Assembly: GCA_031411255.1 (NCBI GenBank)
Contig: JANOAS010000367.1
Coordinates: 10,683-74,682, forward strand
Origin: a bacterium
Lineage (GTDB): Bacteria; Verrucomicrobiota; Verrucomicrobiia; Verrucomicrobiales; V1-33
Direction: 5' to 3'
Length of the DNA stretch: 64,000 bases
Part shown: positions 45,632 to 54,072 of the stretch, piece after piece
Layout of the letters: every line of letters starts with the position of its first letter
How positions within the stretch are numbered: position 1 is the stretch's first letter
Program-made: the position numbers and the translations under genes
Notes under the pieces: generated by a model
The model's database searches: none
The model's input: only the letters and a program-made list of their open reading frames with translations
Told to the model about the DNA's origin: nothing

Positions 45632-47395
45632 ATGGGCAGCATGTCCGCCCCCGCCTCACCACCGCTCCAGACCATCAAGCTGCCCGCGCCCGTCCCCATG
45701 ACGACCACGCGGTTTCGGACTCCCAAGAAGAACATCCCCCAGACTAAAAAGGAACGGGATGCGCTGCTGCAGTATATTCGCAACTACATCGCGCTGGAGA
45801 AGCCCGTGCCGCCCATGCCGCTGGAGGAGTTGCGCGTCCATGCGGAGAAAATCATCGGCACCACCGGCTATGACCCCATTTATACGCACTACACCGCCGT
45901 CCTGCTGAACAACGAGATGTGGCGCGAGGCGCTGGCGGCCATCCCATACGAGCGGAGGCTCCTGCTCATGCCCAAGTGCCTGCGTGTGGAGAGCAAATGC
46001 CCCGCGCCGTTTGATGAATTCGGCCTCCTCTGCAAGCAGTGCGGGCTCTGCACGATTCAGGATTTCCAAAACGAGGCCGAGGCGCTCGGCTATGCCGTCC
46101 TCGTTGCCGAAGGCTCCGCCGTCGTCATGTCCCTCATTCAGACGGGCCAGATCGAGGCCATTGTCGGCATTTCCTGCCTGCCGGTGCTGGAGCGCACCTT
46201 CCCTTACGTCGAGGCCGCAGCCATCCCGTCCATCGCCGTACCCCTTCTGCAGGACGACTGCATCGACACCACGGTGGACATCGACTGGGTCTGGGAATAC
46301 CTCCACCTCACCAGTGACGACACCACCCGCCGGCTCGACCTGAATGCCCTCCAGCGCGAGGTGCAGACGTGGTTCAGCGTGGAAAACCTGGCCGCCATCA
46401 TGGGCCCCGCCTCCGGCCCTGCCGAGGAGCTGTCCCGAGAGTGGATGGCCCGTGCCGGCAAGCGCTGGCGTCCCTACCTCACCGTCGCCGCCTGGCGTGC
46501 TCTGGAGGAGAACCCAACCGGAGAAATACCGGACAGCCTGAAAAAATTGGCCGTGGCCGTCGAGTGTTTCCACAAGGCATCGCTCATCCACGACGACATC
46601 GAGGACGAGGACGACACCCGCTACGGCGAGGCCACCCTGCATTCCTCCCACGGCACCGCCATCGCGCTGAATGTGGGCGACCTGCTCATTGGCGAGGGCT
46701 ACCGCCTCATCGCCGCCGCAGACATTCCTGCGGAGCAAAAGGCCGCCATGCTCCTCGTGGCCGCCGAGGGCCAGCGCGAACTCTGCCGCGGTCAGGGCGC
46801 CGAACTCGCCTGGGCCCGCCAACCCGCCGGACTCGGCCCAAAGCAGGTGCTCGAAATTTTCCGCCAAAAAACCGCCCCCGCCTTCGAGGTTGCCCTCAAG
46901 CTCGGCGCCTGCCTGGCCGGCCGGCTGGAGGAAACCGGTGACGCCCTCGCCGCCTTCTCCACCGCCCTCGGCATCGCCTACCAGATCCGGGACGACATGG
47001 ACGACCTCTCCGACGACGCCGGGGCCAGCCTCCTTGAAACCATCCGGCCCAGCATCCTCCTCGCCGAGGCCCGGGAAAAGGCGAAAGGCGACACCCGAGC
47101 CCTCTTCGACGCCCTCTGGGAGCGCCGCACTCCGGCCGGCACCACCGTCCCCCAGGTCCGCCAGGCCGTCCACGACACCGGGGCGGACGACCGCTGCCTC
47201 ACTCTCCTCGAATCCTACAAACAGGAGGCCATCCGCTCCCTCCAGCAGGTGGAAAATGCCAGCCTCAAGGGCCTCCTCCGCCGCGTGATTGGCAAGATTT
47301 TCAACGATCTTGAGATTAAAGGCTGGTGCTCCGAGTTCGAGGCGAAAAACGGAGTCCTTCCCGCCTCCGAACCGGAAATCGCCGCTGCCGGCTAG
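45632..47395 (+). CDS. fusion protein: N-terminal DUF116-like Cys-rich domain + C-terminal trans-polyprenyl diphosphate synthase
   Basis: N-terminal half: RRLLLMPKCLRVESKCPAPFDEFGLLCKQCGLCTIQDF...IEAIVGISCLPVL, the DUF116 pattern. C-terminal half: FHKASLIHDDIEDEDDTRYG (first DDxxD) and GIAYQIRDDMDDL (second DDxxD). Confidence 0.8.
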   Translation: MGSMSAPASPPLQTIKLPAPVPMTTTRFRTPKKNIPQTKKERDALLQYIRNYIALEKPVPPMPLEELRVHAEKIIGTTGYDPIYTHYTAVLLNNEMWREALAAIPYERRLLLMPKCLRVESKCPAPFDEFGLLCKQCGLCTIQDFQNEAEALGYAVLVAEGSAVVMSLIQTGQIEAIVGISCLPVLERTFPYVEAAAIPSIAVPLLQDDCIDTTVDIDWVWEYLHLTSDDTTRRLDLNALQREVQTWFSVENLAAIMGPASGPAEELSREWMARAGKRWRPYLTVAAWRALEENPTGEIPDSLKKLAVAVECFHKASLIHDDIEDEDDTRYGEATLHSSHGTAIALNVGDLLIGEGYRLIAAADIPAEQKAAMLLVAAEGQRELCRGQGAELAWARQPAGLGPKQVLEIFRQKTAPAFEVALKLGACLAGRLEETGDALAAFSTALGIAYQIRDDMDDLSDDAGASLLETIRPSILLAEAREKAKGDTRALFDALWERRTPAGTTVPQVRQAVHDTGADDRCLTLLESYKQEAIRSLQQVENASLKGLLRRVIGKIFNDLEIKGWCSEFEAKNGVLPASEPEIAAAG

Positions 47396-47414
47396 ACGCA
47401 GGCTCCTCCCTATC

Positions 47415-48110
47415 ATGAAACCCCGCCTCCTTTTCCTGCTGGCCGCCACCGTCTCCCTGGGCGTGGCGGATGAACCCGCGAAACCCGCCGCCGCCGGGGC
47501 CAAAGTCAGCTTCAAGGAGGACTTTGAAAAAGGCTCCGACCGCTGGCAGCCCACGGACCCGGCGGTCTGGGCCGTGACCGACGACCACGGGGGCAAGGTG
47601 CTGGAACTCACGAAGAAGGTCGGCAGCTTCAAGCCGCCCCACCGCAGCCCCTTCACCTTCGCCCTGCTCAAGGACGTGAGCGTGGGCAGCTTCACCTTCA
47701 CGGCGAAGGTCCGCAGCACCACCAACGACTACCCGCACCGCGACGCCTGCATCATCTTCAACTACCAGAACCCGGCCCAGTTCTACTACGTCCACCTCGG
47801 CCTGAAGACCGACGATCACGCGAACCAGATCTTCATCGTCAACAAGGCCGACCGGACCAAAATCTCCTCGAAGACCAGCCCCGGCACCCCGTGGAAAAAT
47901 GACACCTGGCACGACGTGAAGATCGAGCGCGACGCCGATGCGGGAACGATCAAGATCTACTTCGACGACATGAAGACGCCCTGCATGGAGGCGACGGACA
48001 AAAACTTCACCTCCGGCCAGATCGGCATCGGGTCCTTCGACGACACGGTGAAATACGACGACGTCAGCATCGAAGGCGCCGCCGCCCCTGTCCCGGCCCC
48101 GGCGAAGTAA
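47415..48110 (+). CDS. secreted DUF1080-type beta-sandwich protein (second copy in window)
   Basis: ATG 47415 gives MKPRLLFLLAATVSLGVA. FKEDFEKGSDRWQPTDPAVWAV, FYYVHLG, WHDVKIERDADAGTIKIYFDD and GQIGIGSFDD are present. Confidence 0.7.
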   Translation: MKPRLLFLLAATVSLGVADEPAKPAAAGAKVSFKEDFEKGSDRWQPTDPAVWAVTDDHGGKVLELTKKVGSFKPPHRSPFTFALLKDVSVGSFTFTAKVRSTTNDYPHRDACIIFNYQNPAQFYYVHLGLKTDDHANQIFIVNKADRTKISSKTSPGTPWKNDTWHDVKIERDADAGTIKIYFDDMKTPCMEATDKNFTSGQIGIGSFDDTVKYDDVSIEGAAAPVPAPAK

Positions 48111-48127
48111 CCAATCGGGTTTTTCCC

Positions 48128-49096
48128 ATGCCGCTGCCTCCCACATTCCTCGCCGGACTGGTGGCGGTCGCCGTGGCGGCAGTGGCAGCATGGGTGATGC
48201 TCGCCACCCGGAGCCAGCCAGCTGAACCCGTAGCTCCGGCGGTCACCACTTTCCCCGGAGAGCGCCTCCCGCTCTGGCCCGGGGGCGCGCCGGGGGGCGA
48301 CGGGGCGCAGGGCAACCCGGAGGAGGCATTCATCACCGTCCGCCTCCCAAAACCGGGCCGGGCGAGCGGCACGGCCTTTGTCATTTGCCCAGGTGGTGGC
48401 TATGGCAGGCTCTCTCTCGTGAGCGACGGCCACAACATCGCCGCGTGGCTGGAGGAACAAGGGATCGCGGGCGTCGTGCTGGAGTATCGCATGCCTGCCG
48501 GCCGGGCGGGTGTGCCGGGCTTGGATGCCGCCCGCGCCATGCGGACGGTGCGGGCCAGGGCCGCAGAATGGGGCATTGATCCGAAGCGGCTCGGCATCAT
48601 CGGGCTTTCCGCCGGCGGGCACCTCGCCGCCACCATCCTGACCCATTCGGATGGGGGAAACCCCGCCGCCGCAGACCCGGTTGAGCGCTTCAGTTCGCGA
48701 CCGGACTTTGGCATCCTCGTCTACCCGGTCATCAGCATGGGGCCGCTTGCGCATGCAGGTTCGCGCTCAAATCTTCTCGGGCCAAATCCCTCCCGGGAGC
48801 AGCTGGATTTTTTCTCCTGCGAGAAGCAAGTGACGGAGCAGACCCCGCCGGTCTACCTGGCCCACGCGCTGGACGATGCCACAGTTTCCGCAGCGAACAG
48901 CGCGGCGTTTCGCGACGCCATGCTGGCGAACCAACGCCCCGTCGAGTACCTGGAGCTGCACTCCGGCGGCCACGGGCTCAACCATTTTTCCGGGCCGATG
49001 TGGGAAGCCTGGCAAAAAGGCTCGCTTGCGTGGCTGGCCTCCCTCAAACTCATTCCCGCTCCCTTGCCAAAAACGCCCAGCCAAAAGTCACCATGA
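48128..49096 (+). CDS. alpha/beta hydrolase (acetyl-esterase/lipase-like), paralog A
   Basis: FVICPGGGYG is an oxyanion-type motif. The nucleophile elbow is IGIIGLSAGGHLAA (GxSxG). Confidence 0.8.
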   Translation: MPLPPTFLAGLVAVAVAAVAAWVMLATRSQPAEPVAPAVTTFPGERLPLWPGGAPGGDGAQGNPEEAFITVRLPKPGRASGTAFVICPGGGYGRLSLVSDGHNIAAWLEEQGIAGVVLEYRMPAGRAGVPGLDAARAMRTVRARAAEWGIDPKRLGIIGLSAGGHLAATILTHSDGGNPAAADPVERFSSRPDFGILVYPVISMGPLAHAGSRSNLLGPNPSREQLDFFSCEKQVTEQTPPVYLAHALDDATVSAANSAAFRDAMLANQRPVEYLELHSGGHGLNHFSGPMWEAWQKGSLAWLASLKLIPAPLPKTPSQKSP

Positions 49097-50001
49097 ACTC
49101 CATCTCAAAAACCACCCTCCGCCTTCTGTCCGCCGCCGTGCTTGTGCTGACGTCCGGTGTTTCCCACGCGGAAACACCCGCCCCGCAGCGCCTCTCCCTC
49201 TGGCCGTATGGGGCGCCGAATGGTGACGGGACCATCGACAAGGCCGGCGTGCCTGTCATTACCGTGCATCTGCCTTCGGCGGGCAAGGCGAACGGCTCCG
49301 CCTTCATCATCTGCCCTGGCGGCGGCTACGGCGGGCTCGTCACGGGGGGCGAGGGGCACGGCATCGCCGAGTGGCTGGGGAAAAACGGGATCGCCGGCAT
49401 TGTCCTCGAATACCGCCTGCCGAAGGGCCGGGCTGACGTGCCGCGCCTGGATGCCGCCCAGGCCATCCGCACCGCGCGCTCTCATGCGACGGAGTGGCAT
49501 TTGGACCCGAAGCGCATCGGCATCATCGGTTTTTCCGCTGGCGGTCACCTGGCCTCCACGGCGGTCACTCATTTCGACGGGGGAAACCCCGAGTCCGCAG
49601 ACCCCGTAGAGCGCGCCAGCTCCCGGCCGGACTTCGCCATCCTCGTCTACCCCGTCATCAGCATGGGCTCCCAGGCCCATGGCGGCTCCCGCACGAACCT
49701 CCTCGGCCCCAGCCCCACCCAGGCCCAGCTGGACTTTTTCTCCGCGGAGAAAAACGTCACCGACAAGACCCCGCCCGTCTACCTGGCCCATGCGCTGGAC
49801 GACACCGTGGTCACGCCGAAAAACAGCGCCGACTTCCGCGATGCCATGAAGGCAAAAGGCCGCCCCGTCGAGTACATCGAACTCGCCTCCGGCGGCCATG
49901 GGCTGAACGGCTACCGCGGCCCCATGTGGGACGCGTGGCAAAAGGGATCGCTTGAGTGGCTGGTCGCGCAAAAGCTCATCCCGGCCCCGGCGGCAAAGTA
50001 A
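49093..50001 (+). CDS. alpha/beta hydrolase (acetyl-esterase/lipase-like), paralog B
   Basis: ATG 49093 overlaps the upstream stop (ATGA). Signal peptide MNSISKTTLRLLSAAVLVLTSGVSHA. FIICPGGGYG and IGIIGFSAGGHLAS are present. It is colinear with paralog A along its whole length. Confidence 0.8.
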   Translation: MNSISKTTLRLLSAAVLVLTSGVSHAETPAPQRLSLWPYGAPNGDGTIDKAGVPVITVHLPSAGKANGSAFIICPGGGYGGLVTGGEGHGIAEWLGKNGIAGIVLEYRLPKGRADVPRLDAAQAIRTARSHATEWHLDPKRIGIIGFSAGGHLASTAVTHFDGGNPESADPVERASSRPDFAILVYPVISMGSQAHGGSRTNLLGPSPTQAQLDFFSAEKNVTDKTPPVYLAHALDDTVVTPKNSADFRDAMKAKGRPVEYIELASGGHGLNGYRGPMWDAWQKGSLEWLVAQKLIPAPAAK

Positions 50002-50065
50002 GCAGCATTTCCCGCCGTCCCACATTCCAACTTGAGGCCCCCCGGCTTCTCGCCAGGCTCCTGTC

Positions 50066-51106
50066 ATGAATCGAAAACGACTGGGACGCAGCGGACTTGT
50101 GGTGACGGACATTGGCCTGGGCACGATGACCTTTGGCCTGCAGGCGGACGAGGCCACCTCGTTCGCCATCATGGATCGTGCGGCGGAGGCCGGCGTGGAC
50201 TTCTTCGACGCGGCGGAGCTTTACCCCGTGCCGCCCTCGGCCGAGCTGGCCGGAGACACGGAGAAAATAGTCGGCCGCTGGCTGAAGACGCGCCCGCGCG
50301 ACCAGTTCCTCATCGCCACGAAGGTCACCGGCCCCGGCCACGGCTGGTTCCGCGCCCCGGTGCGCGGCGGGTTCAATTTCCTCGACCGGCACCAGATCAT
50401 CCGCTCCTGCGAGGAAAGCCTGCGCCGGCTCCAGACTGACTACATCGACCTCTACCAGACCCACTGGCCCGACCACGGCATGAGGCACGAGGACACCCTC
50501 TCCGCCCTCACCGAGCTGGTGAAGCAGGGAAAGGTCCGCGCCATCGGCTGCAGCAATGAAACGTGCTGGGGCGTCATGAAGAGCCTCTGGACTTCCGAAA
50601 AGCACCACCTCGCCCGGCTCGACACGGTGCAGAATAATTTTTCCCTCATCAACCGCCGCTGCGAGAGCGAACTCGCCCAGGTCTGCCGGCAGGAGGGGCT
50701 CAGCCTGCTGCCGTATTCACCGCTCGGCGGCGGCGTGCTCACCGGGAAATACAATGGCGGCGCCCTGCCCGAGGGAGCGCGCTTCAGCGACTACCTCAGC
50801 AATGGCGGCGAGCGCCAGCAGCGCATGGCCCGGCGTTTCGTGAACGACCGCACCCTGGAAACCACCGCCCGGCTCCAGGTCATCGCGCGCGATCTTGGCC
50901 TCAGCGTCACCACCCTCGCAGTTGCCTGGAGCAAGCAGCATGACTTCGTCGCCTCCACGCTCGTCGGCGCCACCACGGTCGCCCAGCTGGACGAGAGCCT
51001 GAAGGCCGCAGACCTTGTCCTGGATGAGGAAACCCTCCGCCGCATCGACCAGATCGACGCCGACATCCCCTGCGCCATGACCGAGGACGGCCTGCGCAGG
51101 CTTTGA
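50066..51106 (+). CDS. aldo/keto reductase
   Basis: MNRKRLGRSGLVVTDIGLGTMTFG, FFDAAELY, IDLYQTHWPD and the length fit a Tas/YghZ-like AKR. Confidence 0.9.
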   Translation: MNRKRLGRSGLVVTDIGLGTMTFGLQADEATSFAIMDRAAEAGVDFFDAAELYPVPPSAELAGDTEKIVGRWLKTRPRDQFLIATKVTGPGHGWFRAPVRGGFNFLDRHQIIRSCEESLRRLQTDYIDLYQTHWPDHGMRHEDTLSALTELVKQGKVRAIGCSNETCWGVMKSLWTSEKHHLARLDTVQNNFSLINRRCESELAQVCRQEGLSLLPYSPLGGGVLTGKYNGGALPEGARFSDYLSNGGERQQRMARRFVNDRTLETTARLQVIARDLGLSVTTLAVAWSKQHDFVASTLVGATTVAQLDESLKAADLVLDEETLRRIDQIDADIPCAMTEDGLRRL

Positions 51107-51126
51107 GAAATCTGGAACCGCCCCGC

Positions 51127-51564
51127 ATGACCCACCGCGCCTTCATCAAGTCCCTCGACGAGGAACGCCTGCTCGCCGCCATCCGCGAGGCCGAGGCGCG
51201 CACCAGCGGGGAGGTCCGCGTCTTCATTTCCAGCCACGCCACGGACGACCCCTTCGGCACCGCGCGGGCTCATTTCCACCGCCTGCGCATGGACCGCACC
51301 CGCCACCGGAATGCCGTCCTCCTTTTCCTCGCCCCGCATTCGCGGAACTTCGCCGTCATCGGCGACACCGCCATCCACGCGCACTGCGGAGACGCCTTCT
51401 GGCAGGGCATCGCCGCCGCCATGACCACGCACCTGCGCGCCGGGGACCACACCGCCGCTCTGCTCCACGCCCTGGATGCCGCAGCGGAAAAACTCGCCCT
51501 CCATTTTCCCCCGGACCCGGAGGGGAACACCGACGAACTGCCCAACACCATCGAGTCCGACTAA
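51127..51564 (+). CDS. TPM domain-containing protein
   Basis: IREAEARTSGEVRVFISS...NAVLLFLAPHSRNFAVIGD...FWQ is the TPM (TLP18.3/Psb32/MOLO-1) pattern. The listed TTG start at 51103 overlaps the AKR stop and is an alternative. Confidence 0.75.
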   Translation: MTHRAFIKSLDEERLLAAIREAEARTSGEVRVFISSHATDDPFGTARAHFHRLRMDRTRHRNAVLLFLAPHSRNFAVIGDTAIHAHCGDAFWQGIAAAMTTHLRAGDHTAALLHALDAAAEKLALHFPPDPEGNTDELPNTIESD

Positions 51565-51581
51565 CCCCGCCTTCTCCGCCC

Positions 51582-52640
51582 ATGTCCCACCTCTCCCTCA
51601 AGCAGCTCAAGCAGACCGCCGGCCCGGAGTTTCCCACCACTGCCGCCGTCCACGTCCAGATCGAGTCCATCCAGATGAAGCCCGCCAAAAACGGGAACGA
51701 ATTCCTCGAACTCAAGCTCGCCGACGCCGAGGAGGGCACCACCCTTCGCCTCTGGTCGGACAGCCCCGCCTTCGCCGCCGGACGCCGGCTCGCCGCGCGC
51801 CAGTTCATCGAGGCCAGCGGGGACTGGACCCAGGGCCCATTCGGGCTCGACGCTCGGAAGCTCGAACTGCGCCCCCTCACCGCCGAGGAGACCGCCACCC
51901 TCATTGAGGGACCCGCCCCCCTCCGGGAAAAACAGGCCCGCGACTACGCCGACATCACCGCCCTGTGCGATTCCCTGGCCGACCCGCGCCTGCACGCCCT
52001 CTGCGCCCGCTTCCTCACGGTGCATGGCGAGCGCTTCCGCCGCACCGGTGCCGCGCGCGAGTACCACCACGCCCGCCGCGGCGGACTCGTCGAGCACGTC
52101 GCCCAGATGATGCGCGCCGCCGCCGCCCTCTGCACCGTCTACACCTACCTGAATCGTGATCTCCTCCTCACCGGCGTCCTCTTTCACGACTGCGGGAAAC
52201 TCTGGGAAAACGTCTACGCCGAGACCGGCTTCACCATGCCCTACCAGGAGCACGGCGAAATGCTCGGCCACATCACCCTCGGCATCGAACTCATCAACTC
52301 CCTCTGGCGCCAGATCCTCGACGACGCCTCCCTCTCCGGCCCCTGGGCCACCCTCCAGCCCGCCTCCGACGAGGTCCGCCTCCATCTTCTCCACCTCATC
52401 GCCTCCCACCATGGCGAACTCCAGTTCGGCTCCCCCGTCTGGCCGAAAACCCCGGAGGCCATCGCCCTCCACCACGTCGACAACATCGACGCCAAGCTCG
52501 AAATGATGGCCGACACCTACGCCACCTCCCAGCTCCTAGCGAAAAACATCTTCGAGCGCCGCCGCCCCCTCCCCGCGAACCTCGTCCGGCCCCTCCCCCA
52601 CTTTGATGCCCGGCCCCCGGAAGCTCCAGCCGAGCCGTGA
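51582..52640 (+). CDS. OB-fold + HD-domain phosphohydrolase (YhaM-like 3'-5' exoribonuclease family)
   Basis: The N-terminal OB-like region is VHVQIESIQMKPAKNGNEFLELKLAD. The HD region is HHARRGGLVEHVAQMM...GVLFHDCGKLWE...ASHHG. Confidence 0.8.
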   Translation: MSHLSLKQLKQTAGPEFPTTAAVHVQIESIQMKPAKNGNEFLELKLADAEEGTTLRLWSDSPAFAAGRRLAARQFIEASGDWTQGPFGLDARKLELRPLTAEETATLIEGPAPLREKQARDYADITALCDSLADPRLHALCARFLTVHGERFRRTGAAREYHHARRGGLVEHVAQMMRAAAALCTVYTYLNRDLLLTGVLFHDCGKLWENVYAETGFTMPYQEHGEMLGHITLGIELINSLWRQILDDASLSGPWATLQPASDEVRLHLLHLIASHHGELQFGSPVWPKTPEAIALHHVDNIDAKLEMMADTYATSQLLAKNIFERRRPLPANLVRPLPHFDARPPEAPAEP

Positions 52641-52818
52641 GCGCCGGGAAGGTGGGCGCACTGTTCTCTGTGCGGTGCACCCTCCCCGCAATGCGGAAGC
52701 ATCGCCTGCGAGTGCGTTTTGCGGTTGGGGGAGGATCTATTGCAAGCCTCTTGAACCCGAAAACCGCGATTAAAAAATCGCGTTCTGCGCGCAGGGAGAT
52801 GTGGAATGATGAGTTACG

Positions 52819-53108
52819 ATGCAGACCAAACCACTCTCCAGCGCACAGAACGGTATCCTCAATTTCGCAGCCCTCCTCGGGGGGGCGCAAGTCCAATTCC
52901 AGTCGACCACGAAGGCCGTCACCCCGTTTGCCGGGCTGGCCAGCTTCTTCGCCTGGCTGCGTCAAATTGGCCTGCCTGCGCAGCTTGCCCTGGTCATGCC
53001 TTTCACCTATTCCTCGCCCAATGCCATCCCGCCGGTTCACACCTTTCTGGCTTTCCTGGCCTCGGTCATTGTCGGTGCGAGTCGCTTCGCCCACAGCGGC
53101 TGGCTGCG
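52819..53108 (+). pseudogene. N-terminal fragment of an IS1380/IS4-like DDE transposase
   Basis: ...VTPFAGLASFFAWLRQIGLPAQLA...SPNAIPPVHTFLAFLASVIVGASRFAHSGWLR resembles the conserved N-terminal part of IS1380-type transposases. Similarity stops near 53108, and no DDE core follows. Confidence 0.45.
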
Positions 53109-54072
53109 CTCGGGCACGGCAGTCCAGGGACCGTTCAGCCCGTCCGCCCACAGGTAGCGGAGCTGGACGACAGTATCAGCCGCGCAGAGCGGACTGGCGA
53201 AACTCAGAGCCCAGGCAGCAAGCCAGGCGCGGGAGCGGTTGGAGAATGACGTGAAGGCAACAGGTGTATTCATGGCACCTCTTTCCTCGGCATCCGCGAC
53301 GCGATGTGGCAGAATATTTCACTTTTGTGCCGGGAAAGGCCAGTCGACGCCCCTCACACTCCCGTTCTGGCCAGCAGCGGCAGGCCCGTTTTGGCAGTTC
53401 ATTCGTGCGAGGGTGCGCGAGTGCACAGTGGCTGGGCCACTGGAGCCGCAAGGCGCAAAGGGACAGACCACATAGCGCAACAACATAGGCAACACGGAGC
53501 AACACGGCGCACCCCATTACCAGAGCCACCATTCGACATTGAAAGACGCCGAGGGGTCGGAGGCGTTTTAGACGCAGGCGAAGCGGGAGCCCGCAGGGTG
53601 AGCCTGCCAGGCGGGGCGGGCGAATCAATCCTTCGTAGCCATCCACCCACCGTGGCAGGCCATCGGAGGTTGGATTCCCGACGACGACGACGAAGCCCCC
53701 GCTGCTGATACGCTCGAACTCTGGGACAAAAGCGCCGACCAAGCCTGGAAGGCGCTGGAGGTCGATCTCGGAGACGGCTGCATCCTCGTCTTGGAAGCCA
53801 CCGAGTAGGTAGGGGACACCGAAGAAGTTCGGAAAACTCCGCTGCCAAGAAAAAATCTTGGCACAGCGGACAGGTGGCGCTACGCTCACGACAATAATTA
53901 TCCGACGTGAACCACCCCGACAACCAATGCCGAACGCCAAAATCAGCCTAGCGCGGCAGTGTCACGCATTGTTTTTCGTTTATAATTCATCCTTCAGCCA
54001 CCCTCACTCTCCGAGTCCGATCCCCGGTCCAACGCCTTTCTGAAAAGGCAAATTTCTATCAGACAAGAAGTT

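Noticed and set aside
45656-47725. 689-aa minus-strand ORF
   Set aside because: It is antisense to the DUF116-polyprenyl synthase gene (both DDxxD motifs are in the + frame) and to the start of the DUF1080 gene. Its composition is Gly/Arg/Val/Glu-biased with no motifs.
53176-53940. 254-aa minus-strand ORF in the decayed patch
   Set aside because: Only a short middle stretch (FFGVPYLLGGFQDEDAAVSEIDLQRLPGLVGAFVPEF...) looks protein-like. The rest is Cys/Arg-rich, and it overlaps the better-supported signal-peptide fragment in another frame. I cannot assign it to any family, so it may be a gene remnant at best.
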